Shown: positions 1-7,193 of the stretch, piece after piece | Numbering within the stretch: position 1 is the first letter of the stretch | Layout of the letters: each line of letters opens with the position of its first letter | Origin: a virus | Lineage: Duplodnaviria; Caudoviricetes | Strand: one strand, 5' to 3' | DNA: 37,915 nt | Virus record (IMG/VR): IMGVR_UViG_3300025103_000063 | Coordinates: 1 to 37,915 of that record | Program-made: the position numbers and the translations under genes | The notes under the pieces: generated by a model | What the model was told of the DNA's origin: nothing | The model's database searches: none | The model's input: only the letters and a program-made list of their open reading frames with translations

Positions 1-1776
1 ATTGTTAGATGCTTTTATTATTAAGCTACCAGTTCCAGATTCATCTATATAGCTATTACTACCATCGTGATACAGTTTTAAATCATTTCCAGTTCCAAGC
101 TTAAGAAATTTCCCATCTTGTAAATGCGCATCTTTTAAAAAGTTAAACTCTCCATTTTGATCGTAGTAGTGAGGTGTTCGTCTTCCCCTGGGGTAACCAC
201 CCCATATCTGCATACCATAAAGATTTATATTATTGCTGCTGCTTGACCCTGTTGACCAGTTAGGAGTAAACTCTACCCTTATATCAGTAGCATGACCCGT
301 AGATGTAGTGTTAGTCTCGTGCCAAGGTATGTTTGAAAAAGGTAACCAACCATGACCAGGCCAAGAATATATAGTATTAGTTGCTGAAGTATGTTGAAGC
401 CAAGTTCCGTCAGAACATCTTTTCTTCCATATATGAACTTGAGTATTGTGAGAGTTGCTAGACCAGTACATGTACATAGCATTAGCAAACGTGTAGCCTT
501 TAGCTGTAAATTCAACTCTAAACTTATAATACGTGTTTGGTATTATAACGCTAGAATTGTTTGTTCTTAAAAACTTTCTTTTCTGATCATCACTATATGA
601 TGTTATTTCTACCCAACTGCTACTACTAGTTGCTTGACCCCAAAACGTTAAATCTGAAAGATCATCGTAGTCATTAGCTAGAGTAGTTTTAGGTCCAAAC
701 TGTTCTTCGAATAAAGCCATCTCAGTAACAGTAGGATCTCCTAGGTTATTTCTTGGTCTACCGCTTAGCCTTTGTCTAAACTCATTAGCATCAACATAGT
801 GAGCATCATTTATGTTACCAAGAGACATGTTGATACCGTCAGCATAGTCTGTTCCTGCCCAAGTTAACTTTCCAGTCCAGCTGTCATTAGCATCACTTCT
901 TAAATATTTTGACTGTGTAGATGACGATGTTAAGTAGCCGGCACTAGCGTGGTTACCCCAACTATATGCGGTGTCCCAGTTAGTTGCGTTGTTTGTAAAG
1001 TTGCCTGAATGATAAACTTGTGTCCAAGCTTGACTAGTATTTATTGCAGTGTTAGAAAAGTTTCTATAATAAATATTTCCATTACTACTAAATCCTAATT
1101 GGCTATCATAATTTCCATTGTGTCTATTTAAAGTTATAACTGCATTAGCGTTGTTAGTAGCGCTAAATAGACCTGAAGTTCCATTGCTAATTTGACCAGT
1201 AAAAATTAATTTATTATATCCAGGAGCAGTTAATAAAGTACCTCCATCTCCTAAGAAAGCATTAGTCTCAGCTGTTAAGTACCCTTGTGCACTATGATCA
1301 CCCCAGCCGTATGCCGTGTTCCAGTTAGCATAGTTAGCGCCTATGTCTACACCGTCAACTGTACCAGATACAGCTATATTGCCTGTAATAGAAATACCAG
1401 TGTTTGTTGTAGCAAACTTAGTATTACCATTATAGTAAAGAAATGTTCCTCCGTTAGCTGTAGATCTAAACGCTGTTTCAAATAAATTACCTGTAGGATT
1501 ATGGTGTCTTATATCTAGGTTGTTACTTCCAGCTAAAGTTTCTACATCTATGTATTTACTACCAGCTCCAGTAAAGTTAAGCTCACCAGTCATGTTAACA
1601 CTGCCAACTGATATGTTTCCAGAAACACCAGTTAAATAACCTGCGCTTGCATGGTTACCCCAACCGTAAGCTGTGTTCCAGTTAGCGTAATTAGCGCCTA
1701 TGTCTACGCCGTCAATTGTGCCAGTAACACTTAAGTCACCATCAACGTTTAAGTCTTCTAGAAATCTAACTGACAT
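1..1776 (-). CDS. Tail fibre / receptor-binding protein, 3' end truncated by the window edge (>592 aa); not in the ORF track
   Basis: ATG at 1776 and a frame with no stop down to position 1. Begins MSVRFLEDLNVDGDLSVTGTIDGVDIGANYANWNTAYGWGNHASAGYL. Contains three W(N/D)TAY(G/S)WG(N/D)H repeats, WTQVYHSGNF, LYYNGNTKFATTNTGISITG and LGTGNDLKLYHDGSNSYI, all typical of phage fibre shafts. Confidence 0.85.
   Translation of the reverse strand, partial: MSVRFLEDLNVDGDLSVTGTIDGVDIGANYANWNTAYGWGNHASAGYLTGVSGNISVGSVNMTGELNFTGAGSKYIDVETLAGSNNLDIRHHNPTGNLFETAFRSTANGGTFLYYNGNTKFATTNTGISITGNIAVSGTVDGVDIGANYANWNTAYGWGDHSAQGYLTAETNAFLGDGGTLLTAPGYNKLIFTGQISNGTSGLFSATNNANAVITLNRHNGNYDSQLGFSSNGNIYYRNFSNTAINTSQAWTQVYHSGNFTNNATNWDTAYSWGNHASAGYLTSSSTQSKYLRSDANDSWTGKLTWAGTDYADGINMSLGNINDAHYVDANEFRQRLSGRPRNNLGDPTVTEMALFEEQFGPKTTLANDYDDLSDLTFWGQATSSSSWVEITSYSDDQKRKFLRTNNSSVIIPNTYYKFRVEFTAKGYTFANAMYMYWSSNSHNTQVHIWKKRCSDGTWLQHTSATNTIYSWPGHGWLPFSNIPWHETNTTSTGHATDIRVEFTPNWSTGSSSSNNINLYGMQIWGGYPRGRRTPHYYDQNGEFNFLKDAHLQDGKFLKLGTGNDLKLYHDGSNSYIDESGTGSLIIKASNN
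931..1728 (-). repeat. Three dispersed intragenic repeats encoding NW(N/D)TAY(G/S)WG(N/D)HxxxGYL
   Basis: Copies at about 1633-1728, 1276-1368 and 931-990. The first two also share GT(I/V)DGVDIGANYA. Confidence 0.85.
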
Positions 1777-1796
1777 TTAATTTAATTTAATTTGTT

Positions 1797-3287
1797 TTAT
1801 ATTCTAGTTATCACACATCTGTAAGCTGCAGCAGCTGGCGCTGTTCTAAAAATAAATCTAACGTTGTCTGTGTCTAGTCTAATAACTTCAGCATAAACAG
1901 TTTCGTAAGTACTATTGTCGTACAATTGAACGTTTACATCTCTTGTTCCTAAGTTATGGTTTATTGTTACAGATGTAGCTCCACCTACATTAGCAGCGTG
2001 TCCTTTGTTAGCCTTAGCGTCTAGCTGTGTTTGTATATTACTTGTTACACCATCTAGATAATCAAACTCTGTAGACGTAACACCTGTAGCGTGTAGTGTA
2101 TCTAAGTAGTTTAACTCTGTGACAGAACCAGTATATCCGTCAAGTTTGTTTAGTTCGTTAGCGGTTGAAGTTAGGGTTGTGCCGGCTATAGTTAAAGTTT
2201 TAACCTTAGTGTTCCATGCTTCAAAATCTGCTAAACCTGTACCGTTGAATAAGTTAAATTGAGTATTAGCTGCAATCCACTTAAGACCAACGTCATCTCC
2301 AGTACCACCTTCAATAGTTATACCAGCACCATCAACCGGTCCAGACGTTGTATTATTGCTGTCTAACACTATGTTGTGATCAGCTATGTTTACTGTTTCA
2401 GAGTTAACCGTGGTAGTTGTACCTGAAACTTGTAAGTTACCAGTAATAACAATTGTATCACCTGAGTCAGCACCTATAACAATGTTTTCATTTGCAGCGC
2501 CACCAGATGATTCTAGCGCGGCTAATCTAGTTAATAAGTTAGCATTACTTACGTCTACGTCTGTGTTCGTAGTAAACGTAAGGTTGTTTTGCATGTATGT
2601 TTGCAGATTACCAATACTAGCTCTTCTTAGTCCGCCGGCTGAGTCGTCGTACGTTAGCATTTGGTCTCCGCTAGCGAAGTTAGCGCCAAGAGCCGAGTGA
2701 CCTACTACAGCAGTTCTATCTAAAACTGTTGCTCCATCGCCCGTAGAAGTAACTTGACCACTGTGATTTGGATGTACATAGTTGTTTGCGTCTGTAGCTC
2801 CAGTATAACCTAAGTTAGCTAATGTTAACGTTCTTGTTGCAACGCTAGCATTTGCATCTGTAACATGACCTAAAGTATCTGTAGTGATGTTAAAGTCAAG
2901 ATCTGATATAACAGTAGCGCCAGTTAAAGCGCCTGTGTCTACAGATGCGTCGTCACCAGGATGTGATGGGTGAGAATAAACAGTGTCAGTCCAAGGGACG
3001 TTAACAAATGCTTTTTCAGAAGAAAGCTCTACTGGATAATTCTTGCCGTTTTCTGTGTAACCTATCTTTATACCACCAAGAGTACTTGACGTAGCAACTG
3101 ACAGAGTAGTATCTAGTATACTAGTCCAAGCTCCGTCTATATAAAGCTTTAAATCGTTATTAGCTCCACTGGTATCAAAATATATTCTACCTTCGATACC
3201 CGTAGGCGCTGCTCCTAGATTGTGTATTACAAAGTTTTGTAATTCACCACTGTTTAAATCTACGTTTTGTAAAAAATTAATTGCCAT
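1797..3287 (-). CDS. Tail fibre-like structural protein (496 aa)
   Basis: Thr/Gly/Asn-rich. Motifs ATSSTLGGIKIGY, YxHPxH (twice), ITGNLQVSGTTTTVNS, ELNxLDG repeats with VTSNIQTQLD, and a C-terminal INHNLGTRDVNVQLYD domain. Lies next to other fibre genes. Confidence 0.75.
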   Translation of the reverse strand: MAINFLQNVDLNSGELQNFVIHNLGAAPTGIEGRIYFDTSGANNDLKLYIDGAWTSILDTTLSVATSSTLGGIKIGYTENGKNYPVELSSEKAFVNVPWTDTVYSHPSHPGDDASVDTGALTGATVISDLDFNITTDTLGHVTDANASVATRTLTLANLGYTGATDANNYVHPNHSGQVTSTGDGATVLDRTAVVGHSALGANFASGDQMLTYDDSAGGLRRASIGNLQTYMQNNLTFTTNTDVDVSNANLLTRLAALESSGGAANENIVIGADSGDTIVITGNLQVSGTTTTVNSETVNIADHNIVLDSNNTTSGPVDGAGITIEGGTGDDVGLKWIAANTQFNLFNGTGLADFEAWNTKVKTLTIAGTTLTSTANELNKLDGYTGSVTELNYLDTLHATGVTSTEFDYLDGVTSNIQTQLDAKANKGHAANVGGATSVTINHNLGTRDVNVQLYDNSTYETVYAEVIRLDTDNVRFIFRTAPAAAAYRCVITRI

Positions 3288-3291
3288 GTTT

Positions 3292-3654
3292 TTAGTTTAA
3301 ATATGCTTTTCCAGTAAAACTAGCATTAAAATCTAATGTTAGTTGATTTACTGAGTTATGTGTTATTTGCCCTATACAAAAACTTCCAGCTGAGTCTATG
3401 ACTTGCACGGAAGGATATTTGTTTAGGTTGTGCGTTACAGTCCACTGATTTGACGAAACGCTCTGGTCGTGAGTGTGGTGTTTATCAAGTATATTGTCGC
3501 CATTGGAATCTGTACCGGTATTGTTAAAGCTAACTTTGCCATTACTGTCTACTACAACAATATTAGTCTCTGTAGTAGATGATATATTTTCTAAATACAC
3601 ATCACTACGAAACCTAGATACTAAGCTCCATATATGTTGACCTATCCATTTCAT
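3292..3654 (-). CDS. Small tail-fibre-associated protein (120 aa)
   Basis: C-terminal WTVTHNLNKYPSVQVIDSAG...FTGKAYLN domain, similar to the C-terminus of the neighbouring 496-aa protein. Confidence 0.6.
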   Translation of the reverse strand: MKWIGQHIWSLVSRFRSDVYLENISSTTETNIVVVDSNGKVSFNNTGTDSNGDNILDKHHTHDQSVSSNQWTVTHNLNKYPSVQVIDSAGSFCIGQITHNSVNQLTLDFNASFTGKAYLN

Positions 3655-3663
3655 TAATTAAAA

Positions 3664-3984
3664 TCAATTTATTATAACGTCAACCGCGTCAGTCGCCCCT
3701 ACTGTAATATATAGTCCAAAACCGCTAGTAGAGTTATTAAAAGTTGGTATTTCGTCAGAAGTTAAAGCTAAAGTAACTCCAACGGGTATTTTTATAGATT
3801 TCAGTATGTTAAACGATGTTCCAGCAGTAGCTGAGTCTAAGTGCAAGCTAATAGTAGCCTCGTTAGAAGCGTGCGTGTTAGCTATTGTGATAGACTTTAT
3901 AGTACTAACATTGTCACCAGGAGCTACAAGCTCGTTGTTAACTCCTGATGAGCCTAATATGTTATGGTACTTTGTTAACGGCAT
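3664..3984 (-). CDS. Small beta-rich putative virion protein (106 aa)
   Basis: IKSITIANTH...ATISLHL...ILKSIKIPVGVTL alternating beta pattern; tightly packed in the operon. Confidence 0.55.
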   Translation of the reverse strand: MPLTKYHNILGSSGVNNELVAPGDNVSTIKSITIANTHASNEATISLHLDSATAGTSFNILKSIKIPVGVTLALTSDEIPTFNNSTSGFGLYITVGATDAVDVIIN

Positions 3985-3986
3985 GT

Positions 3987-4385
3987 TTAACTAAATACTT
4001 GGTACTCAACTGTCATATCTGTAGCTACACTAGGGATAACAGTTATGTCGTCATCTACATCCCAAGGAAACCACATCCAGTCACCACCGTATAATCTACC
4101 TATTTCTTCAATCTCACCACCATTGTGAGCTCCAATAGTTACTTTAAAGTATTCAGTGTGATCTGCTGAAGGATTGTTGATATAAACGTATGCGTGAGTT
4201 GTAGAAACACTACCAGTTGTAATTAAATCAACCTGGTTAGTGCTTGATAAAACTTTAGTCACAGACGTCATTGTTGTTAAGCCTGTTGTGCTACCAGCTT
4301 CAAATAAAGAGCTGGTGTTGCTAACATTGATATTGCTATCTGTAATATCGCTAGCTAATGAAATTGTTGCGTTTACTGTTGCCAT
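3987..4385 (-). CDS. Putative virion protein, paralogue 3 of a tandem trio (132 aa)
   Basis: MATVNATISLAS...YVYINN...IGRLYGGDWMWFPW...VEYQVF matches its two upstream neighbours. Confidence 0.7.
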   Translation of the reverse strand: MATVNATISLASDITDSNINVSNTSSLFEAGSTTGLTTMTSVTKVLSSTNQVDLITTGSVSTTHAYVYINNPSADHTEYFKVTIGAHNGGEIEEIGRLYGGDWMWFPWDVDDDITVIPSVATDMTVEYQVFS

Positions 4386-4395
4386 GTCTTTATTG

Positions 4396-4830
4396 TTAAG
4401 CGTTAGTTAAAAAATCTGTATCTTCGTGGAATAACGCATACTCAACAGGTATGTCTCCGGTTGAAGCTGTCCAGTTTGCAGCCGCTACTTTAATGTCAGC
4501 GTCTTCGTCTGTTTGACTCCAAGGAATAAACATCCAGTCTCCTGCGTATAATTTTCCAATTGTTTGAGTATTAATTGTTACCGTAACATAAAGGCTAGGA
4601 TCTGTAGCTTTGTTTATAATATAAACTTTAGCCGACAAATCATTACCTTCAGCGTTTGCGCCGAGTAATACTTTGTTTACTGTAGATCTTAAATGAACTC
4701 TGTTGAGTCCAGTAGTTTGATCTAAATCAGTTGTAGCCCCTGCTTTTGTGCAAGTAGCCGTTTTAGAAACATTTACTGGATCACCAGCAATGTCTGCACT
4801 TGTTAATGTAAAAGTTGCTGTTGTTGCCAT
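4396..4830 (-). CDS. Putative virion protein, paralogue 2 of a tandem trio (144 aa)
   Basis: MATTATFTLTS...KVYIIN...IGKLYAGDWMFIPW...VEYALFHE. Confidence 0.7.
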   Translation of the reverse strand: MATTATFTLTSADIAGDPVNVSKTATCTKAGATTDLDQTTGLNRVHLRSTVNKVLLGANAEGNDLSAKVYIINKATDPSLYVTVTINTQTIGKLYAGDWMFIPWSQTDEDADIKVAAANWTASTGDIPVEYALFHEDTDFLTNA

Positions 4831-4855
4831 TTTTATCTATTGTTGTTATTAATTA

Positions 4856-5251
4856 TTATCCTTCGTGAAACATCATAAATTCTACTGTTGTAGAATCTGA
4901 TTGTCCAGGCGTATATTTAAAATCTCCACTACCTTCCCAAGGTATTAAAGCCCAGTCGCCGGCGTATAATCTACCTATAGCAGTACTTCCGTGCGAAACT
5001 ATAATATAGTTGGCTGCCGTAGTTTCTGTATTTTTAATATACACTTTATTTGCTTTGTCATCTACATAGTCTGCGGCGGCAAACAAAGTTACCGCGTTAG
5101 TGCTTGTTGTAGTTTTTCTACTTAAACCAGCCGCTTGAACAATGCCGGTAGCAGTTCCAGCTTGAACCAAGCTAGTAGATGTTGTTAAAGCTAGTTCGTC
5201 AGACAGTAAGTCTGTGCTAGCTAATGTTATTGTTGCTGTTGTTGTTGCCAT
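4856..5251 (-). CDS. Putative virion protein, paralogue 1 of a tandem trio (131 aa)
   Basis: MATTTATITLAS...KVYIKN...IGRLYAGDWALIPW...VEFMMFHE. Confidence 0.7.
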   Translation of the reverse strand: MATTTATITLASTDLLSDELALTTSTSLVQAGTATGIVQAAGLSRKTTTSTNAVTLFAAADYVDDKANKVYIKNTETTAANYIIVSHGSTAIGRLYAGDWALIPWEGSGDFKYTPGQSDSTTVEFMMFHEG

Positions 5252-5258
5252 ATCTTAT

Positions 5259-5726
5259 TTAATCAAAGTCTATATATTCAATTGTTACTTCTTGTCCTTG
5301 CTCTAGCGCTTGCGCAATGCGAGGATAAATTCTTTTGTAAGCGTTAACGCTCTTGCCAATGAAACCGTCAGGTAACAATTGGTTATTCTCTTGGCTGTCG
5401 CCCACAAGCAAGCAGCCAGCAGTATGCTCGTCAGTGTTTCCAGTGTGTATAAGAATATACTCAAAGTTAGGAACATCAACGACATGAAGCATACCACGGT
5501 GTACGCCAGGGTATTTTTTACTGTATCTTTCATGAAATCCTCCTTCTTTTCTAAGCTCAACATTGTATATACCAGCTGGCACTCTTGTTTCGCCTTTTAC
5601 TTTTAAAGCTCTTCGCTCGTCTTCAAGAGTATAACAAAGGAACTGATTTCCTAAGTCGTTTTCTTCAAACAACAAACCGTGAGTAGAGTCTTTTTCTGAA
5701 CTAAACCTTAATACTTTTAACTTCAT
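5259..5726 (-). CDS. DUF5675-like L,D-transpeptidase-fold His/Cys enzyme; candidate endolysin (155 aa)
   Basis: Motifs CYTLED, RVPAGIY and ILIHTGNTDEHTAGCLLVG (HxGN...TxGC). ATGA overlap with the upstream membrane protein gene. Confidence 0.75.
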   Translation of the reverse strand: MKLKVLRFSSEKDSTHGLLFEENDLGNQFLCYTLEDERRALKVKGETRVPAGIYNVELRKEGGFHERYSKKYPGVHRGMLHVVDVPNFEYILIHTGNTDEHTAGCLLVGDSQENNQLLPDGFIGKSVNAYKRIYPRIAQALEQGQEVTIEYIDFD

Positions 5727-5941
5727 TTACAACCTTTTAGTTTAGCTATTTCTTTTTCAAGCTCAACGATACGATCTTCACTTTCGTTAATAACTTTTAT
5801 TTTCTTTTCAAGTCTTTGCTCTAAAACTTGTATGTCCTCGTCAAGCTGGCCTATCTGGCTATATGCTATACCCATCGTGAATATAATACCTATTATCCAT
5901 ATTATATTACCTACCGATATTTCAAGGTTTTTACTTATCAT
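5723..5941 (-). CDS. Small single-TM + coiled-coil protein (holin/spanin-like candidate, 72 aa)
   Basis: Likely start ATG 5941 (MISKNLEI). Hydrophobic IIWIIGIIFTMGIAY followed by a heptad coiled coil; ends KGCK. Confidence 0.55.
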   Translation of the reverse strand: MISKNLEISVGNIIWIIGIIFTMGIAYSQIGQLDEDIQVLEQRLEKKIKVINESEDRIVELEKEIAKLKGCK

Positions 5942-6143
5942 TTTTCTTGATAAATTCAAGAATAATATTGAGCTTTTCTTTTACCTCGTTCATTTGCTCT
6001 CTTAATGATTCGTGTCTTTTTTCAAAGCCTACCTTAACTTCTTTTATGCTAAAAAAAGCAAATTGATACAAAACGTATAAAGCGCCCATTAACAAAACAA
6101 CAGATAAACCGTAACCCTCTATTAATTTTAGTATCTCTTCCAT
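5931..6143 (-). CDS. Small single-TM + coiled-coil protein (holin-like candidate, 70 aa)
   Basis: Likely start ATG 6143 (MEEILKLIEGYG) just after the upstream stop. Hydrophobic LSVVLLMGALYVLYQFAFF, then a charged coil. Confidence 0.55.
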   Translation of the reverse strand: MEEILKLIEGYGLSVVLLMGALYVLYQFAFFSIKEVKVGFEKRHESLREQMNEVKEKLNIILEFIKKNDK

Positions 6144-6144
6144 A

Positions 6145-6384
6145 TTACGATCCAAAAAACATTTTAGCTAAAGCAGCAGCAACTATACCGTAAAGCACCC
6201 ATATAGCCTTTACAAGAACCTTTCTAGCCGACGTGTTTCTGTTTACTCTAGCTGTAACGCCGTCGTCAGGGTCTAATAATTGCTTAACAAGACTATCTAG
6301 CTTCTCGTCCATTTTGTCGAGTTTCTTATCCATTTGATCCATACGTTGCTGCATTAATGCTATCTCTTTATCAACAGTTGCCAT
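6145..6384 (-). CDS. Small coiled-coil + C-terminal TM protein (holin-like candidate, 79 aa)
   Basis: Likely start ATG 6384 (MATVDKEIAL) after an A-rich leader. Heptads MDQMDKKLDKMDEKLD; C-terminal AIWVLYGIVAAALAKMFF. Confidence 0.55.
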   Translation of the reverse strand: MATVDKEIALMQQRMDQMDKKLDKMDEKLDSLVKQLLDPDDGVTARVNRNTSARKVLVKAIWVLYGIVAAALAKMFFGS

Positions 6385-6432
6385 TTTTTTATTATTACAT
6401 GTTAAACATGGTAATGAAGGTTTATTCAACCG

Positions 6433-6711
6433 TTATTTCTCACCACATTTTTTGCTAGGGTTGCCAACCTGTCTCCAGTCTTGCTTTACCCAAGTTTTTA
6501 AACTTCCTCCGCTGCTAGTGCCAGTAACATTGCTTTTGCTAGATCTTTTGTACTTACCAGCTTTACCAGCAGCTCGCTTAGCGCGTATAACAGCCTGCCT
6601 TTCAGACTTACTCATACTGGCTATTTTAGCTTTTGGCAGGCAAACTTTTTTAGTACCACCGCCTTTTGCCTTTGTTTTTTTAGCGAACGGTGACTTCATT
6701 TTAAAAGCCAT
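6433..6711 (-). CDS. Small highly basic protein, DUF5872-like motifs (92 aa)
   Basis: Start ATG 6711 overlapping the upstream TAA (TAATG). MAFKMKSPFAKK...KVCLPKAKIASMSKSERQAVIRAKR...SLKTWVKQDWRQVG..KKCGEK. Confidence 0.65.
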   Translation of the reverse strand: MAFKMKSPFAKKTKAKGGGTKKVCLPKAKIASMSKSERQAVIRAKRAAGKAGKYKRSSKSNVTGTSSGGSLKTWVKQDWRQVGNPSKKCGEK

Positions 6712-6875
6712 TAGCACTTACCTTTGCCCTGTTGCTTAGACGCCCACATATTGGCATAAGCACTAGGATATACATCAAACTTTCTTCTTGCGGCAGCTTT
6801 ACATGAAGCTGTTAACTTTCTTTTTACTGGTGATTTCTTTTTAAGAAGAGAGCACCCTTTCATTTTATAGGCCAT
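6711..6875 (-). CDS. Small highly basic protein (54 aa), below the ORF-track cutoff
   Basis: Translated by hand: MAYKMKGCSLLKKKSPVKRKLTASCKAAARRKFDVYPSAYANMWASKQQGKGKC*. Fills the gap exactly and is coupled to the next gene by TAATG; the KFDVYPSAYAN motif is familiar from small phage proteins. Confidence 0.8.
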   Translation of the reverse strand: MAYKMKGCSLLKKKSPVKRKLTASCKAAARRKFDVYPSAYANMWASKQQGKGKC

Positions 6876-6887
6876 ATTTATTTTTTT

Positions 6888-7163
6888 TTAACATTTCCAT
6901 CTGCGTCTAGCAGCTTTACCTCTTTCACCTGTCCAACCTTTTGATCTTGCACAAAATGATTTTCTGCGTTTAGCAGCTTTGCTGCCTGGTTTAACATCTC
7001 CTGTTACAGCAGTTTTTAGCTTACTACCTGGGTTTTCTTTACGATATTGTTTAACTCCCTTAGAAGTCATCCCAGCGCCCTCTTCTGCAGTCCTAAATGT
7101 TCTACCTTTTCCTTTGGTAGTTTTTCTCATCTTTAGAGGGTTATTTTTTTGAATATAAGCCAT
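6888..7163 (-). CDS. Small highly basic protein, DUF6321-like (91 aa)
   Basis: GAGMTSKGVKQYRKENPGSKLKTAV...RRKSFCARSKG...RRRWKC. Confidence 0.7.
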   Translation of the reverse strand: MAYIQKNNPLKMRKTTKGKGRTFRTAEEGAGMTSKGVKQYRKENPGSKLKTAVTGDVKPGSKAAKRRKSFCARSKGWTGERGKAARRRWKC

Positions 7164-7193
7164 AGTTTAAATATTACTTGTTTTGCTGTTCAT

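Noticed and set aside
931-1728. Fibre repeats as DGR template/variable repeats
   Set aside because: All copies are coding, differences are mostly synonymous and not adenine-specific, and there is no reverse transcriptase in the window.
279-5563. Minus-strand ORFs 279-515 and 5303-5563
   Set aside because: They are out-of-frame overlaps nested within the tail fibre gene and the DUF5675-like gene, with no independent support.
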